Part shown: piece by piece, positions 20,264 through 29,795 of the stretch
Layout: each line of letters begins with the position of its first letter
Position numbering within the stretch: the stretch's first letter is position 1
DNA from: an uncultured delta proteobacterium
Lineage (GTDB): Bacteria; Desulfobacterota; Deferrimicrobia; Deferrimicrobiales; Deferrimicrobiaceae
Direction: 5' to 3'
Length of the DNA stretch: 64,000 nt
NCBI GenBank assembly: GCA_963770975.1
Contig: CAVYRM010000001.1
Location: 193,435 to 257,434 of the forward strand
Program-made: the position numbers and the translations under genes
Notes under the pieces: generated by a model
Database searches by the model: none
Seen by the model: only the letters and a program-made list of their open reading frames with translations
What the model was told of the DNA's origin: nothing

Positions 20264-21550
20264 TTGAGACCGGTCTACATGGTTGCCGGCGGGGTGAGCA
20301 AATTCGCGAAAGCGCGGCCGGATGCGACCTTCCAGAAGATGGTGAAGGAATCGTTCGACTACGCGATGAACGACGTTCCGAAACTCAAGCACTCCATGAT
20401 CGACGGGTCGGTGGCATCCTACTTCTCCGACCACTTCACACGCCAGCTGATGGCCGGGATCATGGCGGTCGATTACCTCGGGCTCTGCCCGAAGCCGAAC
20501 AAGCGGGTCGAGGGCGGAGGCGCGACAGGCGGCCTCTGTTTCCAGGCGGGATGGGAAGCGATCGCCTCCGGACGGATGAACGTCTGCGTCGCGTTCGGAT
20601 TCGAGACGATGTCCCACGTCCCGACGTGGAAGGGCAACGAGTTCATCGCGCTCGCTTCCGACGTGAACTTCGACTACCCGGTCGGCGGATTCTACTCCGG
20701 CTATTACGCGATGATGGTGAACCGGCACATGCACGAGTTCGGCACCACCGTGGAACAGCTGGCGATGGTGTCGGTGAAGAACCACATGAACGCCTACGGC
20801 AACCCGTACGCCCAGAAACGCCGCAAGCTCACCATCGCCGACGTGCGGAACTCCACCATGGTCGCCTACCCGCTGACCCTCCTGGACATCTGCGTGATGT
20901 CCGACGGAGCGGCCACCTGCATCCTCGCGGACGAAGAGACGGCGTTCAAGCTGACGGACCGGCCGGTGAAAATCACCGGGGTGGGCACGGGCACGGACAT
21001 GATGCGGATGTCCGATCGCCCGCACGGCGAGGTGCTGCTCGCGCCGAACGAAAAGAAGAGCGACTACCGGAACCTGAAATATCCGGGCGTCCACTCATTC
21101 CGGGCGGGCCGCAGCGCGGGTCTCCAGGCGTACAAGATGGCGGGGGTGACCGATCCCCTGAAACAGGTCGACTTCGTCGAGCTGCACGATGCCTACACGT
21201 CCTCCGAGATCCAGACGTACGAGGATCTCGCCCTGTGCAAATACGGCGACGGCGGGAAGTTCGTGGAGGCGGGATATCCCTTCATGCCGCAGATCGACTA
21301 CGGGATGAAACTGCCGAAGAAGGGGACGATCCCCGTGAACCCGTCGGGAGGGCTGATCGCCTGCGGACACCCGGTCGGGGCCACCGGCCTGATGCAGGCG
21401 GTCTTCGCCTTCTGGCAGATCCAGGGAAGCATCAGGAAGCATTACGGCGACGGGGAACTTCAACTGAAGAAAGCCGATCGCGGGCTGATCCACAGTCACG
21501 CGGGCACGGGAACCTATGTCACCGTGTCGATCATGGAACGGGGGTGGTGA
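20264..21550 (+). CDS. thiolase-like protein, SCP-x/nonspecific lipid-transfer-type (partner of DUF35 protein)
   Basis: 428 aa. Thiolase fold without a typical biosynthetic-thiolase N-terminus (GGATGGLCFQAG, NPSGGLIACGHPVGATG). Followed 3 nt later by an OB-fold/Zn-ribbon gene. Confidence 0.8.
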   Translation: MRPVYMVAGGVSKFAKARPDATFQKMVKESFDYAMNDVPKLKHSMIDGSVASYFSDHFTRQLMAGIMAVDYLGLCPKPNKRVEGGGATGGLCFQAGWEAIASGRMNVCVAFGFETMSHVPTWKGNEFIALASDVNFDYPVGGFYSGYYAMMVNRHMHEFGTTVEQLAMVSVKNHMNAYGNPYAQKRRKLTIADVRNSTMVAYPLTLLDICVMSDGAATCILADEETAFKLTDRPVKITGVGTGTDMMRMSDRPHGEVLLAPNEKKSDYRNLKYPGVHSFRAGRSAGLQAYKMAGVTDPLKQVDFVELHDAYTSSEIQTYEDLALCKYGDGGKFVEAGYPFMPQIDYGMKLPKKGTIPVNPSGGLIACGHPVGATGLMQAVFAFWQIQGSIRKHYGDGELQLKKADRGLIHSHAGTGTYVTVSIMERGW

Positions 21551-21552
21551 CG

Positions 21553-22101
21553 ATGGCGAAGAAGAATCCGGTGAGGAGGCCAGCGGCCTCCTCGAAATTC
21601 GAGGAACTGATGACCGGGACGACGGTGTTCAACGTCCCCCTCCCCGCGGACCTCAAGGCGCTCAAGGGCATGTCCCCCATCGTCATCAAGCAGCCGTACA
21701 GCATCGAATACCTCCACACCTACGGGCAGGATTCCCCCTTCTTCGCCGGTCTTTCGAACAAGAAGCTTCTCGGGACGAAATGCGGGAAGTGCAACTACAC
21801 CTGGGCCACCCCGAGACTCGCCTGCACGCAGTGCGGCGGGGAGACCGACTGGGTCGAGCTGCCGCAGACCGGGAGGGTCCACACCTTCACCACCTGCTAT
21901 TTCGGGGGCGAGGAGTTCCTGAACGAAACCCCTTTCCACCTCGTTCTCGTGGAGTTCGACGGGGTCGACACGCTCTTCCTGTCCCGCCTGCTCGGACCGG
22001 AGCAGCCGGAGGATATAAAGATCGGGATGAAGGTAAAGGCGAAGTTCCGCCGGAACTCCCAATTGAAGCCGACCGATGTCTATTTCGTGCCGGCGGAGTG
22101 A
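21553..22101 (+). CDS. DUF35 OB-fold / rubredoxin-like Zn-ribbon protein
   Basis: ATG at 21553. CGKC...CTQC zinc ribbon followed by an OB-fold segment (GRVHTFTTCYF). Canonical partner of SCP-x type thiolases. Confidence 0.8.
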   Translation: MAKKNPVRRPAASSKFEELMTGTTVFNVPLPADLKALKGMSPIVIKQPYSIEYLHTYGQDSPFFAGLSNKKLLGTKCGKCNYTWATPRLACTQCGGETDWVELPQTGRVHTFTTCYFGGEEFLNETPFHLVLVEFDGVDTLFLSRLLGPEQPEDIKIGMKVKAKFRRNSQLKPTDVYFVPAE

Positions 22102-22105
22102 GGCC

Positions 22106-23251
22106 ATGGAGTTCTCCCTGAACGCCGAACAGCTGGCCCTGCGCGACATGCTGAAATCCTTCGTGGCGAAGGAGGTACGTCCGAAGGCGCGCTCGTGGGA
22201 CGAGAAGTCGGAATTCCCGACGGATACCGTGTCGAAGCTGGGAGATCTGGGACTTCTCGGGGCGATGGTCCCGGAAGAGTACGGCGGGTCCGGCATGGAC
22301 ACGTTGAGCTACGCGATCGCCGTGGAGGAGATCTCGAAAGGCGACGGGTCGCTCGGATTGACGGTCGCTTCCCACAATTCCCTCTGCGTCGCCCATCTCC
22401 TCGGATTCGGCTCCGAGGAGATCAAGCGGAAATACCTGCCCGGGCTCGCGTCGGGGAAGACGCTCGGCGCATGGGGCCTCACGGAGCCCGGTTCAGGCTC
22501 CGATTCGCTCGGAATGCGGACGAAGGCCGAGTGGCGGAAGGACCGTTGGGTGATCAACGGGAGCAAGATGTTCATCACCCAGGGAAATGTCGCCGGGGTC
22601 TATGTCGTGCTCGCCGTGACGGACAAGGAGAAGGGGAAGGACGGCGTCACCGCCTTCGTGTTCCCGTCCGGGACGAAAGGCCTTTCGATCGGCAGAAAGC
22701 TCCACAAGCTGGGCATGCGCTCCTCGGATACCGCCGAACTGGTCTTCGAGGATCTCGAGGTGGGACCCGAGGCGGTGGTGGGGCAGGTTCACTCCGGTTT
22801 CCGGGACACGATGAAAAACCTCGCCGGCGGGCGGATCTCGATCGCGGCCCTCTCCGTCGGGATCGGCCTGGGGGCGATGCACGAGGCGATCGCCTACGCG
22901 AAGGAACGGGTCCAGTTCGGCCGTTCCGTGTCGGAGTTCCAGGCGATCCAGTGGATGTTCGCCGACATGGGCACCGAACTCGAGGCGGCGGAGCTGATGA
23001 CGTACCGCGCCGCGTCGCTCAAGGATGCCGGAAAGCCGTATACCCGGGAGGCCGCGATGGCCAAGCTCTTCGCCTCCGAGGCCGCCATGCGGGGGACGAT
23101 CAAGGCGCTGCAGGTCTTCGGGGGATACGGGTACACCCAGGAATACCCGGCGGAGCGCTACATGCGCGACGCGAAGCTTTGCGAGATCGGGGAAGGGACC
23201 TCGGAAGTGCAGCGGATCATCATCGCGCGCGACCTGATCCGGGGGCACTGA
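22106..23251 (+). CDS. acyl-CoA dehydrogenase (third paralogue)
   Basis: ATG at 22106. ACAD motifs (GLTEPGSGSD, YPAERYMRDAKLCEIGEGTSEVQ). Confidence 0.9.
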   Translation: MEFSLNAEQLALRDMLKSFVAKEVRPKARSWDEKSEFPTDTVSKLGDLGLLGAMVPEEYGGSGMDTLSYAIAVEEISKGDGSLGLTVASHNSLCVAHLLGFGSEEIKRKYLPGLASGKTLGAWGLTEPGSGSDSLGMRTKAEWRKDRWVINGSKMFITQGNVAGVYVVLAVTDKEKGKDGVTAFVFPSGTKGLSIGRKLHKLGMRSSDTAELVFEDLEVGPEAVVGQVHSGFRDTMKNLAGGRISIAALSVGIGLGAMHEAIAYAKERVQFGRSVSEFQAIQWMFADMGTELEAAELMTYRAASLKDAGKPYTREAAMAKLFASEAAMRGTIKALQVFGGYGYTQEYPAERYMRDAKLCEIGEGTSEVQRIIIARDLIRGH

Positions 23252-23256
23252 TCGCC

Positions 23257-24258
23257 GTGGACGCCGCCTGCAGGGAGATCCTCGCGGGGAACTCGAGGGT
23301 CGCCGCCCGGTTGATGCGGGACCTGGACGACGAGATCCCGTCGGCGATCCGCACGCTAAAATCCCTCTACCGGCACACGGGCAGGGCATATATCGTCGGC
23401 GTGACCGGCGCTCCGGGCGCGGGGAAGTCCACCCTCGTCAACCGGATCACGACGCAACTGAGGAAACAGGGGAGATCGGTCGGGATCGTCGCCATCGACC
23501 CCACGAGCCCATACTCCGGCGGCGCCATCCTGGGTGACCGGATCCGGATGCAGGAGCACGCCCTCGACGACGGGGTATTCATCAAGAGCCTCGCCACCCG
23601 CGGACACCTCGGGGGTCTTTCCCGCTCGACCATCGACATCGTGAACGTCATGGACGCGATGGGGAAGGACATCATCCTCATCGAGACGGTGGGTGTGGGA
23701 CAGGACGAGGTGGAGGTGGTCAAGGTGGCGCACACCAACCTCGTGGTGGTCGTCCCCGGCCTCGGAGACGATATCCAGGCGATCAAGGCGGGGATCCTGG
23801 AGATCGCCGATCTCTTCGTGATCAACAAGGCGGACCGGGAAGGCGCCGACAAGACCCGTCGGGAGATCGAGACCATGGTCGCGATGGGCACCTATGAGGA
23901 AGGGGAATGGAAACCCCCCGTGGTCTCGACCGTCGCCGCGACCGACACGGGCACGGTCGAACTGCTGGAAGCCGTGGAACGCCACCGGGAATACATCTTC
24001 CGGGAAGGGAACATCTCCCGGTACCGCCGCGAAAAGGCGAAGGTCGAGCTCCTGGAAATCCTGAAGACGCGCTTGATCGAGAAGGCGATCTCGGACCTCG
24101 ACGGCCACGGACTCCTCGAACCCCTCCTGGCGGACATGGCGAAGAAGAGGAAGGATCCGTACTCGATATCGGAAAAAGTGATCGACCACAGTTTCGCATT
24201 CCACCTGATGAACGCCGGAAAGGTCCGGCCCGGAGCGCGGGGGAAGATACGAAAATGA
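23257..24258 (+). CDS. meaB: MeaB/ArgK-type G3E GTPase (acyl-CoA mutase chaperone)
   Basis: GTG at 23257, in frame with ORF 22195-24258. GVTGAPGAGKSTL P-loop, ETVGVGQ, INKADREGA (NKxD). Confidence 0.85.
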   Translation: MDAACREILAGNSRVAARLMRDLDDEIPSAIRTLKSLYRHTGRAYIVGVTGAPGAGKSTLVNRITTQLRKQGRSVGIVAIDPTSPYSGGAILGDRIRMQEHALDDGVFIKSLATRGHLGGLSRSTIDIVNVMDAMGKDIILIETVGVGQDEVEVVKVAHTNLVVVVPGLGDDIQAIKAGILEIADLFVINKADREGADKTRREIETMVAMGTYEEGEWKPPVVSTVAATDTGTVELLEAVERHREYIFREGNISRYRREKAKVELLEILKTRLIEKAISDLDGHGLLEPLLADMAKKRKDPYSISEKVIDHSFAFHLMNAGKVRPGARGKIRK

Positions 24259-25232
24259 CCGCCGGCAGAATCCGCACGGAAGGGAAGGTGGAGTACCGGT
24301 TCACCCACCCGGACGACTTCCGGGAACATGTCCGGGACCGGAAGGACCGACGGCCCGTCCCGAAATTGATGTCGGCGAAGGAGGCGGTGGCCTCGTTCGT
24401 ATCGGACGGGGATTACATTGTGTACGATTTCTCCAGCCTCACCCGGGGACCGCAATCGCTGATCCGCGAGGTCATCCGTCAACGGAAGAAGGATCTCTGG
24501 ATCGGAGCCGAGTTCACCCTCCACGAATCCCCGTTGCTCGTGGGAGCGGGATGCGCCACGCGGATCGACGTGGGATTCCTCGGGTACGGAAGCTACATCG
24601 GACAAGCGGTCTGCGACGGCAGGGTCAAGGTGTACGAGTGGACCAACGGAGGTCTCGCCCTGCGGGTCCTCGCGGGAGCACGCGGCGTTCCCTTCCTTCC
24701 GACCCGGGACCTCCTCGGCACGGACAACCTGAAGGTTTCCGCCGCGAAGACGATCACGGACCCGTTCACGGGGGATCCCATCTGCCTGGTGCCCGCGTTG
24801 AACCCGGACGTCGCCTTCCTCCACGTTCACCAGGCCGATCCACACGGGAACTCCAGGATCTTCGGGACGAACCTGTTCGCCCTCGAAGCGGCGCTGGCGT
24901 CCTTCCGCGTCATCGTATCGGCCGAGGAGATCGTGGAGCCGGACGAATTCCGGAAAAACCCGATGCGGACCACGATTCCGTATTTCCTGGTCGACGCCGT
25001 GGTCCACGCTCCGTTCGGGGCATACCCCGGCGCGATGCCGGCGAGGTACGAGATCGATCTCGAGCACGTCGATCGCCTGAACGCCCTCCGCACGGACGAA
25101 CAGATGGGGAAGTACCTCGAGGAGAACATCTACTCGGTCGCCGACCACGAGGAGTTCCTCGACCGCCGGGTCGGAGCGAGGCGGATGCAGGAGCTGCGCG
25201 GCCGCGCCACCATAATAGAGGGGTATTGTTAA
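24255..25232 (+). CDS. family I CoA-transferase subunit A (glutaconate CoA-transferase-like)
   Basis: ATG at 24255 overlaps the meaB stop (ATGA). KLMSAKEAVASFVSDGDYIV N-terminus and NPDVAFLHVHQADPHGN region typical of GctA-like subunits. Confidence 0.75.
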   Translation: MTAGRIRTEGKVEYRFTHPDDFREHVRDRKDRRPVPKLMSAKEAVASFVSDGDYIVYDFSSLTRGPQSLIREVIRQRKKDLWIGAEFTLHESPLLVGAGCATRIDVGFLGYGSYIGQAVCDGRVKVYEWTNGGLALRVLAGARGVPFLPTRDLLGTDNLKVSAAKTITDPFTGDPICLVPALNPDVAFLHVHQADPHGNSRIFGTNLFALEAALASFRVIVSAEEIVEPDEFRKNPMRTTIPYFLVDAVVHAPFGAYPGAMPARYEIDLEHVDRLNALRTDEQMGKYLEENIYSVADHEEFLDRRVGARRMQELRGRATIIEGYC

Positions 25233-25268
25233 GGGCAGTTGGTACCCTGCCCAGCCAGGGGGTCGTCG

Positions 25269-26075
25269 ATGACGAGAACCGTGGAATTCACGGATACCGA
25301 GTTCATGATCGCGCAGGGGGCCCGCCTGATCGAGGACGGGAAGACGATCTTCGTCGGGTGGGGGATCCCCCAGGTCGTCGCCATGCTGGCGCAGAAGCTG
25401 TACGTTCCGAACGTCACCCAGTTGTTCGAGTTCGGGGCGATCGGGCCGCAGTCCGTCCTTCCCTTCGTCCGGGGGACGATGGGGGGACCCGAGAACACCT
25501 ACCGCTCCCTGCAATGGCTCAACATGAACTGGGCATTTTCGTATTCCGCCACGGGCTACATGGATTACGGGATGCTGGGCGCGCTCCAGGTCGATCCCTA
25601 CGGGAACATCAACTCCACGTACCTCGGTGGCACGTTCGAAAAACCGGAGCGAAGGTTCGCCGGAAGCGGGGGAGGGAACCAGGTGGCCTCGCACTGCTGG
25701 AAGACGATCATCGTCATCAAGCACGAGGGGCGCCGGTTCGTCCCGAAGGTCGACTTCATCACGTCCCCCGGGTATCTCGACGGACCGGGATCCCGAGAGA
25801 AAGCGGGATTGCCGCGGGGGACCGGACCGCATCGCGTGGTCACGTCGAAAGCCCTTTTCGGGTTCGACGAGGAGACCCGGGAGATGACCCTCCTTTCGGT
25901 CCTGCGGGGTCTCTCGGTGAAGGAGATCATCGGCGAGATGGCGTTTCGTCCCCTGCTGGCCCGTGAAATCGGCGAGATTCCGCCGCCCACGGAGGACGAA
26001 CTTCGCGTCCTGCGCGAGGAGATCGACCCCGCCGGTTTCCTCATCCGGGGGAACCGGATGTCCGCAACCGCCTGA
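25269..26075 (+). CDS. family I CoA-transferase subunit B
   Basis: ATG at 25269. IFVGWGIPQVVA, and FEFGAIGP within the GctB-like fold. The catalytic Glu context was not verified. Confidence 0.7.
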   Translation: MTRTVEFTDTEFMIAQGARLIEDGKTIFVGWGIPQVVAMLAQKLYVPNVTQLFEFGAIGPQSVLPFVRGTMGGPENTYRSLQWLNMNWAFSYSATGYMDYGMLGALQVDPYGNINSTYLGGTFEKPERRFAGSGGGNQVASHCWKTIIVIKHEGRRFVPKVDFITSPGYLDGPGSREKAGLPRGTGPHRVVTSKALFGFDEETREMTLLSVLRGLSVKEIIGEMAFRPLLAREIGEIPPPTEDELRVLREEIDPAGFLIRGNRMSATA

Positions 26076-26150
26076 AACCGTGCGTCAAATTCGAGGTTTG
26101 CCCCTCCCTCCGCGTTGATCGGCACCCCCGAATGTTATACTGTGTCTCCG

Positions 26151-27471
26151 ATGAGGCGCAGCGTATTCATAAAGACGTTCGGTTGCCAGATGAACGCCGT
26201 CGATTCGGCGAGGATGGTCTCGCTCCTTTCCTCCGCGGATTACCGGCCCGCCGACAGCCTCGACGAGGCGGACCTCGTCCTCCTCAACACCTGCAGCATC
26301 CGCGACAAGGCCGACCAGAAGATCTACAGCGAGCTCGGGGCGTTGCGTCGCTGGAAGCAGCGCCGGCCGGGAAGGCTGATCGGCGTCGGCGGCTGCCTCG
26401 CGCAACAGGACGGGGAGTCCGTGCGGGAACGGGCTCCGCACGTGGACATCGTCTTCGGCACGCGGAATATCGCGGGGCTTCCCGACATGGTGCGGCAGGC
26501 GGAGAGAAGCCGTCCGGCGACCGCCCTGGGAATGGACGACGGCATCTCCCACTGGGACGTCCTGCCGCATCGACCCGACGGCGCCGTTTCGGCGATGGTC
26601 ACGATCATGCAGGGATGCGACAACTTCTGCGCCTACTGCGTCGTTCCCCTGGTCAGGGGGCGGGAGGAAACCCGCCCGGCCGACGACATCCTCAGGGAAA
26701 TCAGGGTACTTGCGGAGCGGGGAGTCCGGGAGGTCTGTCCTGCTGGGCCAGAACGTGAACTCCTACGGGAAGAAGGACGGCGGGCTTACCTTCCCGGAAT
26801 TGCTGCGCAGGGTTGCGGGCGTGGAAGGCGTATCGCGGATCCGCTTCATCACGTCGCATCCAAGGGATCTCGACGAGCGGACGATCGGCCTTTTTTCGGA
26901 GATCGAGGCCCTCTGCCCACACGTCCACCTTCCGCTCCAGTCGGGATCCGACCGGATCCTGGCCGATATGGGGCGGGGCTACTCCCGCCGCGAATACATG
27001 GACAAGATCGATTCGCTTCGAAGGGCCCGGCCCGGGATGGCGTTCTCCTCCGATTTCATCGTCGGATTCCCGGGGGAAGCCGAGGCCGATTTCCGCGAAA
27101 CCCTGGCGGTCATGGACGAGGTGCGATACGACTCCGTGTTTTCATTCCGGTTCTCTCCCCGTCCGAACACCCGCGCGGCGGAGATGCCCGGGAACGTCGA
27201 CCCCGGAGAGGCGGCAATGCGCCTTCGCCGGCTGCAGGAACTCCAGGAACGGCATACCAGGGAACGCCTTTCCGCGATCGTCGGACGTACCGAGCGCGTC
27301 CTTGTCGAAGGGAAGAGCGCCAGGGATCCGGCGATGCTTTGCGGAAGGACGGGATGCAACAAGATGGTCAATTTCGTCCCCGGCGAGGGCGAGGGCCCGT
27401 TTCGGACGGTCGTCGTCACGAGCGCGGGGGCTCACTCCCTCGCAGGCGTGGAAAGGACGGACGTTGGCTAA
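26151..27471 (+). pseudogene. miaB: tRNA-2-methylthio-N6-dimethylallyladenosine synthase MiaB, frame broken by an apparent 1-nt insertion near 26736
   Basis: The N-terminal half (MRRSVFIKTFGCQMN, radical-SAM CDNFCAYC, ...LAERGVREV) is in the frame of 26151. The continuation (VLLGQNVNSYG...ITSHPRD...TRAAEMPG...TRER, TRAM domain) is in the +1 frame, ending at 27471. Confidence 0.85.
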
Positions 27472-27475
27472 ATTG

Positions 27476-27952
27476 ATGGTAGTCGCCGGTGTGACCATCG
27501 ACCCGGTCACGAAATCTCCGATCGTCGTTCTCCGGGACCCCGAGAGCGGCCTGGCGATTCCGATCTGGATCGGGATCCTTGAAGCGAACTCGATCGCCAC
27601 GGTGCTTGAAGGCACCGAGATGCCGCGGCCGATGACGCACGACCTGATGAAGTCGATCCTCGAAGGGACGGGAACCACGGTTCGAAACGTGGAGATCACG
27701 GAGATCCGGGACAATACGTATTACGCCGCGATCCGTCTCGAAGGCAAGGGGGGACCGATCACCATCGATTCGCGTCCCAGCGACGCGATCGCACTGGCCT
27801 TGCGGTGCGGTGCTCCGATCCGCGTGTCCGAAGCGGTCATCGCGCAATCCTCGATGTCGGGGTCCACGGAGATCGCGGCCGGAGACAAGGACAAGTGGAC
27901 CGAGCTCCTGGAGAAGATGGACCCGGAGCAGTTCAGCAAGTACAAGATGTAG
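27476..27952 (+). CDS. bifunctional nuclease (BFN/DUF151) family protein
   Basis: ATG at 27476. PIVVLRDPESGLAIPIWIGILEANSIA and PMTHDLM match the DUF151 nuclease family. 158 aa. Confidence 0.8.
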   Translation: MVVAGVTIDPVTKSPIVVLRDPESGLAIPIWIGILEANSIATVLEGTEMPRPMTHDLMKSILEGTGTTVRNVEITEIRDNTYYAAIRLEGKGGPITIDSRPSDAIALALRCGAPIRVSEAVIAQSSMSGSTEIAAGDKDKWTELLEKMDPEQFSKYKM

Positions 27953-27969
27953 GCCGGTCGACAGGCGGG

Positions 27970-29793
27970 ATGAAAACATCGCGGATACTGATTTTCGAGG
28001 AGGGGCCCGCGCCCGGAAGAGAGGTGCGCCTCGCGATCCTCGACCACGCGGTCACCGTGGATTTCCGGTACCCCTCGAAGGAGAGCATCGAAGCGCTCGA
28101 CCTGTCCTCCTACGCGGCGATCGTCGTCCCGGTGGCGTATGCGCGGTCCGACCTGATGGAGACGGCGACCGACCCGAACCGGTACGGCGGCCCGCTGTTC
28201 CTGTACCGGGGGGACCCGCCCGTGCACGAGGTGACGCGTTGGGTCGTCTGGGGGTCGCCGCGCCCGGGGACTCCGGACGGTCCGGTGGCCGACCAGCTTC
28301 TCTCCGAAAGCCTCGAGTACTACTCCATGGCTTCCATGTACCAGCAATGCCTCCAGATGATGTCGACGCAGGGGGAAGAGAGGCTCCTGGCCCAGATCAC
28401 GGATACGTTCGTGAATTCCCTGGGCGCCGAAAGCTGCGTGGTCTGGCTGGTTTCCCCGACCGATCCCGACGAGATGCTCATCTCCTCCGTCCGGGGCGTC
28501 ATCGGGATCGACCAGGAGGGTTCGCGGTTCTCCCTCTCCCGGTCGGATGCCGCGGATGCGGTCTGGAAAGGGGATCCATTCGTATCGGGCACGTCTCTTT
28601 TCGTGCCGTTGATGCACCGGGGGAAACCGACCGGCCTGGTGAAGCTGGGCGAACGGAAGAACCTCGACGGGTACAAGGATCGCGACCTCCACATGGCGAG
28701 GATCATCTCGGAATACGCCGCCGCCGCCCTCGACACGGTCGAGCGCCTGGGGCGGATCGACAAGATCTCGCTGCGCGACCCGGAGACCGGCGCCTACTCC
28801 GCGGCGTTCCTCAAGGACTACTTCGAGAAGGAACGGTACAAGGCCGATCGGTTCCGGCGCCCCCTATCGGTGGTCTTCCTCGTGGTGGAGAACTTCCAGC
28901 TCCTGCAGGACAAGATCCGCGAGAGCATCGTCGCGTCCGTGCTCGCATCGATGGTGGAGGGCATCCGGAAAGCCCTGCGCGAATCGGACCTCGTCGCACG
29001 CGAGGAAGGGAACCGCTTCGCGATCGTCCTTCCGGAGACGGACGCGTTCGGGGCCCTGCTCGCGATTCGCAGGCTCCGAAAGGCGCTACGGGACAAGGCC
29101 GGCATCCACTTCCAGGGGGCCGACTATTCCCTGCAGACGTTCTTCATGTCCGCGACGTGCCCGATGGACGGACGGGACCTGCAGGAGCTGCTGCAGGTCG
29201 CGGAGGAGAAATATTCCCGGCAGCAGAAGAGCCCCCTCCACCGGATGCGTCTCTCCGACCGCACCTTCTGGGATGCGGTCGACGTGCTGATGGGGAAGCC
29301 GGAACATTACGATCTCCTGCGGAAAGGGGAGGACGTCCCCTATTTCCTCCGGTTCCGGAAGGACCTCGGACGAAACGCGCACTTTTCCGTTCCCAGGGAG
29401 AGTTGGCTTCGCATCCTCGAATCCATCGCCCAGGACGTGACGGCGAGCCCCGGAGCCCGGGGGCTCGTGATCGCCGCGGGGCCGACGCCCGAGATCTACA
29501 AGCAGATTTTCCTCTCTTTCGAAGGGGAGGGCCTGTCCCGCAGGAAGGTATACGTCGTCGGACAGTCCGGCAACACCCACTTCGACGCGAAGAACCTCAT
29601 GTACATCGCCGCGGACGACGATCTCCTCAGGGATCGAGAGTTCATCCTTTACTTGAAGGACGACGGCGCATACGGCCTGTTCTGCTCCGACCGGGGTGGG
29701 GAGGTGGAGGGGTTCAACACGGCGGACGAGTGGCTGGTGGACGCGATGCTCGAAAAGGCCCAGGAGATGTATCTCCTCCAGGGGAACTTCTGA
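27970..29793 (+). CDS. multidomain signalling protein: pseudo-receiver-like N-terminus, GAF, degenerate GGDEF, unassigned ~220-aa C-terminal domain
   Basis: ATG at 27970. GAF-like segment (aa ~150-300). GGDEF-fold segment (RDPETGAYSAAFL...LSVVFLVVENF...LVAREEGNRFAIVLPETD) where the GG[DE]EF signature reads EGNRF. Confidence 0.7.
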   Translation: MKTSRILIFEEGPAPGREVRLAILDHAVTVDFRYPSKESIEALDLSSYAAIVVPVAYARSDLMETATDPNRYGGPLFLYRGDPPVHEVTRWVVWGSPRPGTPDGPVADQLLSESLEYYSMASMYQQCLQMMSTQGEERLLAQITDTFVNSLGAESCVVWLVSPTDPDEMLISSVRGVIGIDQEGSRFSLSRSDAADAVWKGDPFVSGTSLFVPLMHRGKPTGLVKLGERKNLDGYKDRDLHMARIISEYAAAALDTVERLGRIDKISLRDPETGAYSAAFLKDYFEKERYKADRFRRPLSVVFLVVENFQLLQDKIRESIVASVLASMVEGIRKALRESDLVAREEGNRFAIVLPETDAFGALLAIRRLRKALRDKAGIHFQGADYSLQTFFMSATCPMDGRDLQELLQVAEEKYSRQQKSPLHRMRLSDRTFWDAVDVLMGKPEHYDLLRKGEDVPYFLRFRKDLGRNAHFSVPRESWLRILESIAQDVTASPGARGLVIAAGPTPEIYKQIFLSFEGEGLSRRKVYVVGQSGNTHFDAKNLMYIAADDDLLRDREFILYLKDDGAYGLFCSDRGGEVEGFNTADEWLVDAMLEKAQEMYLLQGNF

Positions 29794-29795
29794 AC

